Source of the DNA: Acidimicrobiia bacterium
GTDB taxonomy: Bacteria; Actinomycetota; Acidimicrobiia; Spongiisociales; UBA11373
Direction of reading: 5' to 3'
DNA: 64,000 nucleotides
Assembly (NCBI GenBank): GCA_016215655.1
Contig: JACRIT010000049.1
Location: 10-64,009, forward strand
Shown: positions 1-9,065 of the stretch, one piece after another
Layout of the letters: the number at the start of each line of letters is the position of its first letter
Numbering within the stretch: position 1 is the first letter of the stretch
The notes under the pieces: generated by a model
What the model was told of the DNA's origin: nothing
Database searches by the model: none
Seen by the model: the letters and a program-made list of their open reading frames with translations, nothing else
Position numbers and translations under genes: made by a program

Positions 1-47
1 AAGTCACGCAGCATGGCAAACGGGTCGAGGGGAGCGAGATCGAGCAT
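1..47 (-). CDS. 5' end of a minus-strand gene running off the window (MLDLAPLDPFAMLRD...); hypothetical
   Basis: ATG at 47..45 on the minus strand preceded by GGAGGTATC (Shine-Dalgarno); the frame stays open to the window edge. Confidence 0.3.
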   Translation of the reverse strand, partial: MLDLAPLDPFAMLRD

Positions 48-152
48 GGCGATACCTCCTTGATTGCTCTCAACCACTATAACCTTATAGCACATCACTC
101 ATATTCCCGTATAGTGTGAATAGGGGATTGCCCCGGCGGGTAACCTGCGCCG
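48..152. promoter_or_regulatory. AT-rich divergent promoter region with inverted repeats (CTATAAccTTATAG; CACTATA...TATAGTG)
   Basis: Local G+C is far below the window average; palindromic motifs lie between two divergently oriented start codons (47 minus, 153 plus). Confidence 0.3.
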
Positions 153-1058
153 ATGACGGTGATCGCGGTCGACTGTGGCGGCACCAAGGTGCGGGTGGCG
201 CGCGGTGGCGTGGGGGGCAGCCTGGAGGGAATCGTCGAATCGGCGACCCCCGGACACCTCGCCGCCCTTCCCGAGATCATCTCCCGACTGGCCGGCGATC
301 CCGGAGGTGCCACTGCCGTGGGGGTGGGGGTGGCGGGCCTGGTGGACGCCGGGCCGGGTGTGCTCCGCTGGATGCCCCATCGGCCCGGTCGTGACCTTCC
401 CCTCGGTGCGGAACTGAGCCGCCGACTCGGGGTGCCGGCCGTGGTCGACAACGACGCCAACCTCACCGGTCTCGCCGAAGCCCGTCTCGGTGCCGGTGCC
501 GGGATGCGGATGGTGCTGACCGTGACCGTGGGCACCGGCATCGGTGGCGGCCTCGTGGTCGACGGCCGCATCGAACGGGGCCGCGGCCATCTCGGCGAGG
601 TCGGCCACATGAACGTCGATCCCACCGGGCCCGCCTGCGCCTGCGGCCGTCGCGGGTGCTGGGAGGCGATGGCGTCGGGCACCGCGCTCGACCGCGCCGC
701 CCGGCTGGTGGCGGCCTCGGATCCCCGCGGGGCGCTGGCGTCGGGCGACGTCGACGGCGTCGCCCTCGTCGTCGCCGCCGCCGCCGGCGATGCCGCCTGC
801 GGCGCGGCAGTGGAGGCGGTGGCGACCGCCTTCGGCCGGGGTCTCGCCTCCCTCGTGGCCATCCTCGACCCCGATGTCATCGTGGTGGGAGGAGGGGTGG
901 GTGCCATCGGCGAACCGATCCTCGGACCGGCCCGACGCGCGATGATGGAGGCGACGTCGGGTGGTGCCCACCGTGCCGAGACCCCCGTGGTGTCGGCACG
1001 GTTCGGCACCGATGCCGGATTGGTCGGAGCCGCTCTGGCGGCGGGAGGTGACTGGTGA
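153..1058 (+). CDS. ROK-family sugar kinase (glucokinase-like, no N-terminal HTH)
   Basis: N-terminal VIAVDCGGTKVRVA ATP-binding motif; CACGRRGCWEA zinc motif typical of ROK kinases; 301 aa. Confidence 0.8.
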   Translation: MTVIAVDCGGTKVRVARGGVGGSLEGIVESATPGHLAALPEIISRLAGDPGGATAVGVGVAGLVDAGPGVLRWMPHRPGRDLPLGAELSRRLGVPAVVDNDANLTGLAEARLGAGAGMRMVLTVTVGTGIGGGLVVDGRIERGRGHLGEVGHMNVDPTGPACACGRRGCWEAMASGTALDRAARLVAASDPRGALASGDVDGVALVVAAAAGDAACGAAVEAVATAFGRGLASLVAILDPDVIVVGGGVGAIGEPILGPARRAMMEATSGGAHRAETPVVSARFGTDAGLVGAALAAGGDW

Positions 1059-1423
1059 ACGAACGACCGCAATGGAGAAGGGCCCTCGATGCGGTGCTGC
1101 CATCGGCGAAGCTGCTCTACCGGCTGGCGCTCGATCACCGCGTACCGGCGCGCACGAGGATGCTTTCGCTGGCGGCACTCGCCTATGCCTTGCTTCCGAT
1201 CGATCTCATCCCGGACTCGATTCCGATTCTGGGCAAGGTCGACGACTTCGGTCTCGTCGCTATCGCCCTCGTGCGGCTCGTGAACGATGCCGGGCCGGAG
1301 GTGGTGCGCGAACACTGGGACGGCGATGCCGAGACCCTCAAAGCCTTCCTCGACGCCGTCGCCTTCCTCGACTCGCTCATCCCGGAGCGGGTGCGCAGAC
1401 TCGCCGCCCTCGTCGACCGATGA
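1055..1423 (+). CDS. DUF1232 (YkvA-like) small membrane protein
   Basis: LALAYALLPIDLIPDSIPILGKVDD motif typical of DUF1232; 4-nt start/stop overlap with the upstream gene. Confidence 0.55.
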   Translation: MNERPQWRRALDAVLPSAKLLYRLALDHRVPARTRMLSLAALAYALLPIDLIPDSIPILGKVDDFGLVAIALVRLVNDAGPEVVREHWDGDAETLKAFLDAVAFLDSLIPERVRRLAALVDR

Positions 1424-2103
1424 ACGGGGGCCGCCTCCTCTTCGGCAGCCTCCTCGCTGCCTTGGGCGTCGTGTTCCTCCTCGGCTCGGCCGACGTCGTC
1501 GACGCCGGCGACGTGATCTCGGACTGGTGGCCGGCGGCGATCGTGGCACTGGGGGTCTTCCAGCTGACCGCGGGTCGGCGCACGCGGCGCAGTGCCGGGG
1601 CGCTCATCGCCATCGGCCTGGGGCTGCTCGCGGTGACGACGGGTCTCCTCGGGTCGGAGGCGTGGGATTACGTATGGCCCGTGGCCCTGATCCTCGTCGG
1701 GCTGTGGATCGTCCTGGGATGGGGCAAGCGCTATGGGTTGCGGCCCTCCGACGACGAAGTGGTGGAGGGCATCGCCGTGCTCGGCTCGGCCCATCTCGCC
1801 ACCCGATCGCAGACCTTTCGCCGCGCCTCCATCACCTCGATCCTCGGCGGGGTGACCCTCGACCTCACCGAGGCGATGCCCGTGGCTGGAGGGGCGAACG
1901 TGTCGATCACGGCGCTCCTCGGCGGCGTGTCGGTGCTGGTGCCCCGGGGATGGCTGGTCGAGATTCGCGGATTGCCGCTCATGGGCGGTTGGGATGACAC
2001 CACCGACCGGATGGCGGTGGGACCCGACGCGCCGCGCCTGGAGATCCAGGTGCTCGTCGCCCTGGGTGGCCTCGAGGTGAAGCACGCCGGAAGGTGGCGC
2101 TGA
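1420..2103 (+). CDS. Membrane protein with LiaF-like (DUF2154) C-terminal domain
   Basis: ATGA overlap with the upstream stop; N-terminal TM helices followed by a beta-rich C-terminal region (TLDLTEAMPVAGGANVSITALLGGVSVLVPRGWLVEI) resembling the cell-wall stress LiaF domain. Confidence 0.45.
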   Translation: MNGGRLLFGSLLAALGVVFLLGSADVVDAGDVISDWWPAAIVALGVFQLTAGRRTRRSAGALIAIGLGLLAVTTGLLGSEAWDYVWPVALILVGLWIVLGWGKRYGLRPSDDEVVEGIAVLGSAHLATRSQTFRRASITSILGGVTLDLTEAMPVAGGANVSITALLGGVSVLVPRGWLVEIRGLPLMGGWDDTTDRMAVGPDAPRLEIQVLVALGGLEVKHAGRWR

Positions 2104-2155
2104 GGAGACAGCGGATCGCCCCGCGTACACTCCCCGTCTCGTTCGAGGGAGGGGC

Positions 2156-3085
2156 TTGAGCCACGCCGTCTTGTTTCCGGGTCAGGGGAGCCAGTTCGTG
2201 GGGATGGGCGCCGATCTCTTCGACGCCATGCCCGCGCTCCTCGGCGATGTTGCGGACGAGGCGCTGGGATGGTCGCTGCGCCGGATGTGCCTCGACGGTC
2301 CCGAGGACGCCCTGACTCGCACCGAACACGCCCAACCGGCGCTCTTCGCCGTGGCCTATGCGCTGTGGACCGCATTGGCCGCTCGCATCGGACCGCCGGT
2401 GGCTGCCGCCGGACACTCGCTCGGTGAGTACACCGCGCTCGCCGCGGCCGGATCCCTCGAGTTCGGCGACGGGCTGCGGCTGGTCGCCGCCCGCGGACGA
2501 GCCATGGCGTCGGCCGCCGATGCCACCGCGTCGGGGATGGCGGCGCTCATCGGCGGTGACGACGATGCGGCCGAAGCACTGGCCGCGGCCCGTCGGGCCG
2601 GCGGCGGGCATCTCTGGGTGGCCAACCGCAACGCCCCCGGACAGGTGGTGGTGGCGGGGGGCCTCGACGATCTGGTGTGGGCAGGAGAGCACGCTCGTGA
2701 GCACGGGATTCGCAGGGTGGTGCCGCTGAAGGTGGCCGGTGCGTTTCACTCACCGCTCATGGCGGCCGCCGCCGAGTCGCTGCGGGCGGCGGTCGAGGCC
2801 ATCGCATGGCGCCCCACCGCATTCGCGGTGTGGGCCAACGCCACCGCCCGGCCGCACGCCGGCGACATCGGCGAGGTGCTCCTCGCCCAACTCACCTCTC
2901 CGGTTCGATTCGCCGATACGCTGCAGGGAATGGCTGCATCCGGCGTCGGAGCGTTCGTCCACGTCGGTCCCGGCGATGTAACCGCCGGTCTGGCGCGGAG
3001 GTCGGTAGAGGATACGGAGGCGCTCGTCGTCTCCTCCCTCGACGACATCGAGCCCGCGGCCGAGCGGCTCGAGGCCGTCGCATGA
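2156..3085 (+). CDS. fabD: Malonyl-CoA:ACP transacylase
   Basis: GQGSQFVGMG and GHSLGEYTA active-site motifs; 309 aa. Confidence 0.9.
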   Translation: MSHAVLFPGQGSQFVGMGADLFDAMPALLGDVADEALGWSLRRMCLDGPEDALTRTEHAQPALFAVAYALWTALAARIGPPVAAAGHSLGEYTALAAAGSLEFGDGLRLVAARGRAMASAADATASGMAALIGGDDDAAEALAAARRAGGGHLWVANRNAPGQVVVAGGLDDLVWAGEHAREHGIRRVVPLKVAGAFHSPLMAAAAESLRAAVEAIAWRPTAFAVWANATARPHAGDIGEVLLAQLTSPVRFADTLQGMAASGVGAFVHVGPGDVTAGLARRSVEDTEALVVSSLDDIEPAAERLEAVA

Positions 3086-4173
3086 CGGAGAGGGGCCCTG
3101 CGATGCGCAACGCGATGATCACGGGATGGGGCAAGTGCGTGCCTCCGGCCGTGTTGAGCAACGCGGATCTCGAGACCCTCACCGACACCAACGACGAGTG
3201 GATCACCACGCGCACCGGGATCAAGGAGCGTCGGATCAGTCACGTCGAGGTCTCCGATCTCTCGGCGGTGGCAGCCCAGCACGCCCTGGCCGCGGCCGGC
3301 CTGACGGCGACCGATCTCGATCTGATCCTCCTCGCCACCTGCACCGCCGACCGGGCCGTGCCCAGCGCCGCGACCATGGTGCAGGCCAAGATCGGAGCGA
3401 CCAACGCCGCCGCGATGGATGTGAACGCTGCCTGCAGCGGATTCCTCTTCGCCCTCAGCGTTGCAGACCAGATGATTCGGGCCGGTGGGGCGCAACGCGT
3501 GCTCGTGATCGGTGCGGAGAAGCTCTCGTTCTTCCTCGACTTCACCAACCGCAGCACCTGCGTGCTTTTCGGCGACGGGGCCGGGGCGGTGGTCCTCGAG
3601 GCCAGCGACGAGTCGGGGGGTCTGCTCGCCTTCGAGCTGGGTTCCGACGGAACCGCAGGCGACCTGCTCTGCATCACGGGAAGCGGCACCGAGGGCAATC
3701 CGATGCGAACGCTTCCTCCCGGCATCCTCATGGAGGGTCCGGACGTGTTCCGGCGTGCGGTCACGGCGATGGGCGATGCCTCCACCCGGGTGCTGGCGAA
3801 GGCCGGCCTCGCACTCGACGAGGTGGATCTCCTGATCCCGCATCAGGCCAATGTCCGCATCATCGACGCCACGGCCCGCAGACTGTCGCTCGACCCCGCC
3901 AGGGTCTTCGTGAACATCGCCTCGTACGGGAACACCTCGGCGGCGACGATTCCGATCGCGCTCACCGAGGCGGTGGAAGAGGGGCGGATCCGTCCCGGGG
4001 CCAACATCGTGTTCGCCGCCTTCGGTGGTGGTTTCACCTGGGCCGCCGCCGTCTTCCGGTGGGGGTCGCGGACCACCCCCATCACCACGAGCGCGGCACA
4101 GCTGCCACCCAGCACCGCCACCGCCCTCGAGTTGCTCGCTCCCAACATCGCCCTCCACGGGAAGGGGATCTGA
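3082..4173 (+). CDS. fabH: 3-oxoacyl-ACP synthase III
   Basis: ITGWGKCVP start, active-site Cys in AACSGF, conserved His/Asn context; ATGA overlap with the fabD stop (alternative ATG at 3103). Confidence 0.88.
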   Translation: MTERGPAMRNAMITGWGKCVPPAVLSNADLETLTDTNDEWITTRTGIKERRISHVEVSDLSAVAAQHALAAAGLTATDLDLILLATCTADRAVPSAATMVQAKIGATNAAAMDVNAACSGFLFALSVADQMIRAGGAQRVLVIGAEKLSFFLDFTNRSTCVLFGDGAGAVVLEASDESGGLLAFELGSDGTAGDLLCITGSGTEGNPMRTLPPGILMEGPDVFRRAVTAMGDASTRVLAKAGLALDEVDLLIPHQANVRIIDATARRLSLDPARVFVNIASYGNTSAATIPIALTEAVEEGRIRPGANIVFAAFGGGFTWAAAVFRWGSRTTPITTSAAQLPPSTATALELLAPNIALHGKGI

Positions 4174-4910
4174 TGGCGGGCCGGGTCGCCCTGGTCACCG
4201 GAGGGTCACGAGGCATCGGCCGCGCCATCGCCGAGCGGCTTGCCGCCGACGGCTGTCGCGTGGCGGTCAACTACCACACTCGCCGCGATGCCGCGGACGA
4301 GGTCGTCGCCGGGATCCGATCCCGGGGAGGCGAGGCGATCGCGGTCGGTGGCGATGTCGGCGACGTGGAGGCGGTGGCGGCCATGTTCGCCGCCATCGAG
4401 ACCGCGCTCGGCCCGGTGGAGATCCTCGTGAACAACGCCGGGATCACTGCCGACGATCTCCTCCTCCGGATGAAGCCCGAGGCGTGGGAGGCGGTGATCC
4501 GCACCAACCTCGATTCGGCATACCTCTGTACCCGGGCGGCCGTGCGGGGCATGCTGAAGGCGAAGTGGGGACGCGTGATCAGCATCACCTCGGTGGCCGG
4601 CATCAGCGGCAATCCCGGCCAGGCCAACTACGCCGCGGCCAAAGCGGGATTGATAGGACTCACCAAGTCGGTCGCCAAGGAGGTGGGTTCGCGCGGCATC
4701 ACCGTGAACGCCGTCGCCCCGGGCTTCGTCGCCACCGATATGACCGAAGCCCTTGGCGACTCGGTTCGGGAGGCGGCCCTCCCCGCCATCGCCCTCGGAC
4801 GCTTTGGGACGCCGCCGGAGATCGCCGCCGCGGTGGGCTATCTTGCCTCGGATGATGCCGCCTACGTGACCGGCCATGTGCTGGTCGTCGACGGAGGCCT
4901 GAGTTTCTGA
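4173..4910 (+). CDS. fabG: 3-oxoacyl-ACP reductase
   Basis: VALVTGGSRGIGRAIA Rossmann motif, NAG motif, YAAAKAG catalytic Tyr/Lys; ATGA overlap with the fabH stop. Confidence 0.85.
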   Translation: MAGRVALVTGGSRGIGRAIAERLAADGCRVAVNYHTRRDAADEVVAGIRSRGGEAIAVGGDVGDVEAVAAMFAAIETALGPVEILVNNAGITADDLLLRMKPEAWEAVIRTNLDSAYLCTRAAVRGMLKAKWGRVISITSVAGISGNPGQANYAAAKAGLIGLTKSVAKEVGSRGITVNAVAPGFVATDMTEALGDSVREAALPAIALGRFGTPPEIAAAVGYLASDDAAYVTGHVLVVDGGLSF

Positions 4911-4935
4911 TCCCCTGGAACAAGGAGCCAAACGC

Positions 4936-5181
4936 ATGGACAGGGCCACTGTCGAAGCCAAGATGACCGATCTGCTCGTCGACGAGTTGGGACTCGATCG
5001 CGGCAAGATCACCATGGGAGCCAAGTTCGAGGAGGACCTCGAGGTCGACTCGCTTGGCGTGGTCGAGCTGCTCATGGCACTCGAAGACACCTTCGGCGTC
5101 TCCATTCCCGATGAGGAGGCCGAGTCCATCACCACCGTCGGCCAGGCGGTCGACGTGGTGATGGAGAAGCTCGCGGGCTGA
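4936..5181 (+). CDS. acpP: Acyl carrier protein
   Basis: LEVDSLGVVELLMALED phosphopantetheine attachment motif (DSL); 81 aa. Confidence 0.9.
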   Translation: MDRATVEAKMTDLLVDELGLDRGKITMGAKFEEDLEVDSLGVVELLMALEDTFGVSIPDEEAESITTVGQAVDVVMEKLAG

Positions 5182-5183
5182 GC

Positions 5184-6425
5184 GTGGCGCGACGGGTCGT
5201 CGTCACGGGTCTAGGCACGGTCAACCCGATCGGGAAGGACGTGGAGTCCTTCTGGAAGGCGGCTCGTGCTGGAGCCTCGGGTGTCGGCCAGATCACCGCG
5301 TTCGACGCCTCCGGGCTGAAGGTGACGATCGCCGCCGAGGTACCCGACTTCGATCCCGAGGAGTACATCGAGCGCAAGGAGGCGCGTCGCCTCGATCGCT
5401 ACGACCAGCTGTTCTGGGCCTCGACCCATCAGGCGTTGGCGGATGCCGGCATCTCCTACGAAGAGGATGACCCTGCGGCGCTCCGCGCCGGGGTGGTGGT
5501 CGGATCCGGCATCGGCGGCATGATCTCCTTCCAGGAGGGGATCGACACCATGCGCCAACGCGGCCACGATCGGGTGAGCCCGCTGGCGATCACCCAGATC
5601 ATCTCGAACATGGCTGCGGGCCTGGTGTCGATCCGCTACCACCTCTTCGGGCCCAATACCTGCGCGGTGACGGCGTGCGCGGCGTCTGCCAATGCCATCG
5701 GCGACGCCGCCGAGATCATCAAGCGCGGGGCAGCCGACGTCATGGTGGCCGGAGGTGGCGAGGCCCCCGTGTGTGAGTTCGCCATCGCCGGCTTCAGCCA
5801 GGCGCGCGCACTGTCCACCCGCAACGACGACCCGGCCCGCGCCAGTCGCCCCTTCGATGCCGGGCGTGATGGATTCGTGATGGGCGAGGGAGCGGCCACC
5901 TTGATCCTCGAAGAGCGCGAACACGCACTGCGGCGCGGGGCCAAGATCCATGCGGAGATCGTGGGCTACGGCATGTCCGCCGATGGGTATCACATCACGC
6001 TGCCCCGTCCCGGTGGCGGCGGAGCCGCCAGGGCGATGCAGGCGGCGCTCGACGATGCCGGCATCGCCGCCGGAGACGTCGACTACATCAATGCCCATGG
6101 CACGTCGACCCAGGCCAACGACTCCACGGAGACCGCAGCGATCAAGACGGTCTTCGGCGAACACGCCTATCGGGTGCCGGTGTCATCGACGAAGTCCATG
6201 ACCGGCCACCTGCTCGGCGGCGCCGGTGCGCTCGAGTCGCTGGTGTGCATCCTGGCGATTCGAGATGGCGTGGTGCCACCCACCATCAACTACGAGACCC
6301 CGGATCCCGAGTGTGACCTCGACTACGTTCCCAACGTCGCCCGCCAGGTGCCGGTGCGCACCGCGATGACGAACTCGTTCGGTTTCGGCGGCCACAACGT
6401 GTCGCTCGTGTTTCGGGCGCCGTAA
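5184..6425 (+). CDS. fabF: 3-oxoacyl-ACP synthase II
   Basis: GTG start 3 nt after the acpP stop; KAS I/II family motifs (active-site Cys in AVTACAASANAIG, HGTSTQANDSTE, GHLLGGAGA). Confidence 0.9.
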   Translation: MARRVVVTGLGTVNPIGKDVESFWKAARAGASGVGQITAFDASGLKVTIAAEVPDFDPEEYIERKEARRLDRYDQLFWASTHQALADAGISYEEDDPAALRAGVVVGSGIGGMISFQEGIDTMRQRGHDRVSPLAITQIISNMAAGLVSIRYHLFGPNTCAVTACAASANAIGDAAEIIKRGAADVMVAGGGEAPVCEFAIAGFSQARALSTRNDDPARASRPFDAGRDGFVMGEGAATLILEEREHALRRGAKIHAEIVGYGMSADGYHITLPRPGGGGAARAMQAALDDAGIAAGDVDYINAHGTSTQANDSTETAAIKTVFGEHAYRVPVSSTKSMTGHLLGGAGALESLVCILAIRDGVVPPTINYETPDPECDLDYVPNVARQVPVRTAMTNSFGFGGHNVSLVFRAP

Positions 6426-6435
6426 GGTGCCAAGT

Positions 6436-6498
6436 CTTCAGTCTTCAGCCGTCAGCCCGAGGTTTCCTCTGGCTGATGACTGAGGACTGAAGACTCAA
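6436..6498. terminator. Bidirectional stem-loop between convergent fabF and the thioesterase gene
   Basis: Long imperfect palindrome AGTCTTCAGTCTTCAGCCGTCAGCC / GGCTGATGACTGAGGACTGAAGACT in a locally AT-richer gap between convergent stops. Confidence 0.45.
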
Positions 6499-7277
6499 CC
6501 CCTCGGCACCAGCGCCAATTGCCGCGACTGCGCCACCAGGCGCCCTTCCGAGTCCCAGACCTCGCCATCCTCCTCGAGGAATCCGCCAGTGATGAACTTC
6601 GTGGTGAACGAGCAGCGCAGCCATCCCTGGGCGGGCCGGGCGCGCACATGGGCGGTGAGTTCGAGGGTGGGGACCCAGGCGACCGGGAGGTCGGTGAAGA
6701 AGATGGTCGGGGGAAAGGCATCGACGGCGACGAGGAGGGCGATCGTGTCGAGCGGTTCGCCGCCGCGCAGGCGGAACCAGCCCTCGACGCCGGGCGATCC
6801 GGCGCCGCCCCACGCCGCGGCTCGCTCCGGCGGAAGTCGCAACTCCACGCGGCCCATGAACGGCGGAGGGAAGGTCTCGGTCGGCTCGATCGGGATGCAG
6901 TCCTCGACCGGGGGAAGGTCGGGCGGTCCGGCCTCCAATCGCTCCATGCCGACCGAAGCCTCGAGGTCGCCGAACGAGCCGAGCATGCGCAGCAACGGCC
7001 GATCGGCGGCGAGCGTTGCCGTCACCGTGGTGAAGCGCTTTCCGGCCTTGACGACTTCGGTGTCGACTCCGACCTCACCCGGGGACCCCGGAGCGAGGTA
7101 GTGGGCGGTGACGGTCACCGGATCGGGTCGTCCCGCCGCCAGCGCGGCGGCTCGTGCCGTCATGGCGAGCAGGTAGCCGCCGTTGGCGGCTCCGACGATG
7201 TCCCATCCCGGTGCAATGCGGGCCGACCAGCGCCCCGATCCCCGGGGTGTCACGGCTGAGGCGTCGGCGAAAGTCAT
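6495..7277 (-). CDS. Acyl-CoA thioesterase (TesB-like double hot-dog family)
   Basis: Thioesterase-like composition (GWDIVGAANGGYLLAMTARAA...); start at the internal Met chosen to avoid overlap with the upstream gene (longest ORF reaches 7316). Confidence 0.55.
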   Translation of the reverse strand: MTFADASAVTPRGSGRWSARIAPGWDIVGAANGGYLLAMTARAAALAAGRPDPVTVTAHYLAPGSPGEVGVDTEVVKAGKRFTTVTATLAADRPLLRMLGSFGDLEASVGMERLEAGPPDLPPVEDCIPIEPTETFPPPFMGRVELRLPPERAAAWGGAGSPGVEGWFRLRGGEPLDTIALLVAVDAFPPTIFFTDLPVAWVPTLELTAHVRARPAQGWLRCSFTTKFITGGFLEEDGEVWDSEGRLVAQSRQLALVPRG

Positions 7278-7284
7278 GGGTCGA

Positions 7285-7566
7285 TCAGCACGACGGGGGT
7301 CCTGGGTCCTCGTCACGCGCCTCGATGGTCACCACCGGACCCGCCTCGGATTGCAGCCGCCATTCGGCGAACGAGCGGATGGCGAGCACCACCACCACGC
7401 CGACACCGATGCCGGCGGCGAGCGCCACCACCGCGGCCATGAGCACGGCAGGCGTCGTGCACGATGCCGGGGCGCACGAGGCGTCGGTGACGAAGTAGCC
7501 CACGACCCCGCCGGCGACGGCGCTGACGCCCACTGGGATCATCACGCGGGGATTGGGCATCCTCAT
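7285..7566 (-). CDS. Small two-TM membrane protein, hypothetical
   Basis: MRMPNPRVMIPVGVSAVAGGVVGYF...VVVVLAIRSF hydrophobic helices; ATGA overlap with the upstream membrane-protein stop. Confidence 0.4.
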   Translation of the reverse strand: MRMPNPRVMIPVGVSAVAGGVVGYFVTDASCAPASCTTPAVLMAAVVALAAGIGVGVVVVLAIRSFAEWRLQSEAGPVVTIEARDEDPGPPSC

Positions 7567-8324
7567 GGCTTGCGGCGTCCGGTGGCGTCCGCGCCCGCTG
7601 CGGCGAGCACCTCGATGGGAGCGAGTTCCGGGGGGATGCGGTGGGCAGGGCTGCCGATCGCCACGATGGGAACCACGGCCAGCGAGACGTCGCGACGCCA
7701 GCTCATCAGCGCCACCACCACGCCGGACACCGCCGCGGCCGCGCCCTCGGGCAGGCCGACGAAGAGGGCCGTCACGGCTGCGGCGATCGGGTGGGCGATG
7801 CGCGCCGCGCTCAGCGATCCCGGGATGATCCGGGCCAGGGCCAGGGCGAGCACCACCGACCACGCCGAAAAACCCCATGTGGCGCCGTGGATGCCACTCG
7901 GGGCGGCGATGGCCGATGCCGCCGGGGTGAGGACCAGCGTCAGCAGGGCTACCACCGCAGCCGGAGGCGCTCCGTCGGCGCGGGCCAGATGACGGAGCCA
8001 CCGGCCGAGCCACGGTCCGGCGGTGGAAGCCAGGGCGGCCGCACCGAGGGCGATGAGCCCGTAGCCCGCGCCGCTCTCGACCAGGGCGCCGACGGCGATC
8101 CAGGTGGCCCCGAGGACCATCCCGAGATACCGGGCCCATCGTCCCCGGGCGAGGAGCAGTCCGGCGACGACGATCAACGTGGCCAGCGCCATCCCCGCCG
8201 TGAACAGCATCGCCGAGGACCCCGCCAGGGGTGCGGGAGCGAGCGCCAGCGTCACGATCCCGGCCACGCAGGCGGCGGCGACGAGGAGGGCGATGACGAA
8301 AGGGGCGGCGGGCACGGGTGGCAT
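7563..8324 (-). CDS. Polytopic integral membrane protein, hypothetical
   Basis: 253 aa, six or more hydrophobic segments starting MPPVPAAPFVIALLVAAACVAG; the start ATG overlaps the TAA of the upstream phosphatase gene by 1 nt. Confidence 0.5.
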   Translation of the reverse strand: MPPVPAAPFVIALLVAAACVAGIVTLALAPAPLAGSSAMLFTAGMALATLIVVAGLLLARGRWARYLGMVLGATWIAVGALVESGAGYGLIALGAAALASTAGPWLGRWLRHLARADGAPPAAVVALLTLVLTPAASAIAAPSGIHGATWGFSAWSVVLALALARIIPGSLSAARIAHPIAAAVTALFVGLPEGAAAAVSGVVVALMSWRRDVSLAVVPIVAIGSPAHRIPPELAPIEVLAAAGADATGRRKP

Positions 8325-8974
8325 TATCGCCCGTCGGTCAGATCCGCGGTCGGTGGAGGGAACGGGGCGCTGGCCACATCTGGGACCCACGAGGAGATCT
8401 CGGTCCATCCCCCGGTCGACGGCTGCAGCGTGACGACCGCGGCGTGTGTCGGCTTGTCGGCATGAAAGTCGGCGAATCCCCGCCCGCACAGGCTGCGGCG
8501 CAGGGCATGGATCGGATCCTGATGCGAGACCACGGCGGCGATGGCACCCGGGTGGCGATTCCCCCAGGTGGTCACGACCGCGGTCATCCGCTTCGCCACG
8601 TCGTCGAGGCTCTCGGCGACGAAGGGGAGGTCGGAGGGATCGGCGGCGTAGGCCGCCACCTCGCCGGGAAACCGGCGGTCGAGGTCCAGCCACGGTTCGC
8701 CCGCCCAGCGCATCGAAAGCCCCCACTCGGTGAGTCCGGAGTCGGCCACCGCCTCGATGCCGAGACGGCGGGCGAGGAATCCTGCGGTTTCCCGTGCCCG
8801 GTCGAGGGGTGAGGTGACGAGCACGGTGATCCCTTCGTCGGCGAGATGCTCGGCGGTGGCGGCCGCCTGAGCCCTTCCCAATGCGGACAGCGGAAAGCCG
8901 GGGAGATCGGCGTAGACGACTCCGTCGGGATTGTGGACCTCGCCATGGCGAACGAGGTGGAGTCGGGCGAACAC
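8324..8974 (-). CDS. Histidine phosphatase family protein (phosphoglycerate-mutase-like)
   Basis: LHLVRHGEV RHG catalytic motif and SPLDRARETA; GTG start chosen to leave a divergent promoter gap before dinB (alternative ATG at 9076). Confidence 0.65.
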   Translation of the reverse strand: MFARLHLVRHGEVHNPDGVVYADLPGFPLSALGRAQAAATAEHLADEGITVLVTSPLDRARETAGFLARRLGIEAVADSGLTEWGLSMRWAGEPWLDLDRRFPGEVAAYAADPSDLPFVAESLDDVAKRMTAVVTTWGNRHPGAIAAVVSHQDPIHALRRSLCGRGFADFHADKPTHAAVVTLQPSTGGWTEISSWVPDVASAPFPPPTADLTDGR

Positions 8975-9065
8975 GGCGGCGAGTGTAGGTGGGCCGGTAC
9001 CGTGGACTCGTGGACTGCTTTGCACGCGTCCGGCTGGGCTCGTCCCGGGATGGGACCCACACCTG

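Noticed and set aside
95-1549. 484-aa and 359-aa minus-strand ORFs antisense to the ROK kinase and DUF1232 genes
   Set aside because: Extreme Arg/Pro/Ala/Ser composition typical of wrong-frame translation in high-GC DNA; fully overlaps two genes with clear motifs on the other strand
3126-4910. 594-aa plus-strand ORF spanning fabH and fabG in a different frame
   Set aside because: Its C-terminal third is exactly the FabG sequence and the remainder is Arg/Gly-rich; the real fabG starts at the ATGA overlap (4173); the N-terminal part is out-of-frame read-through over fabH
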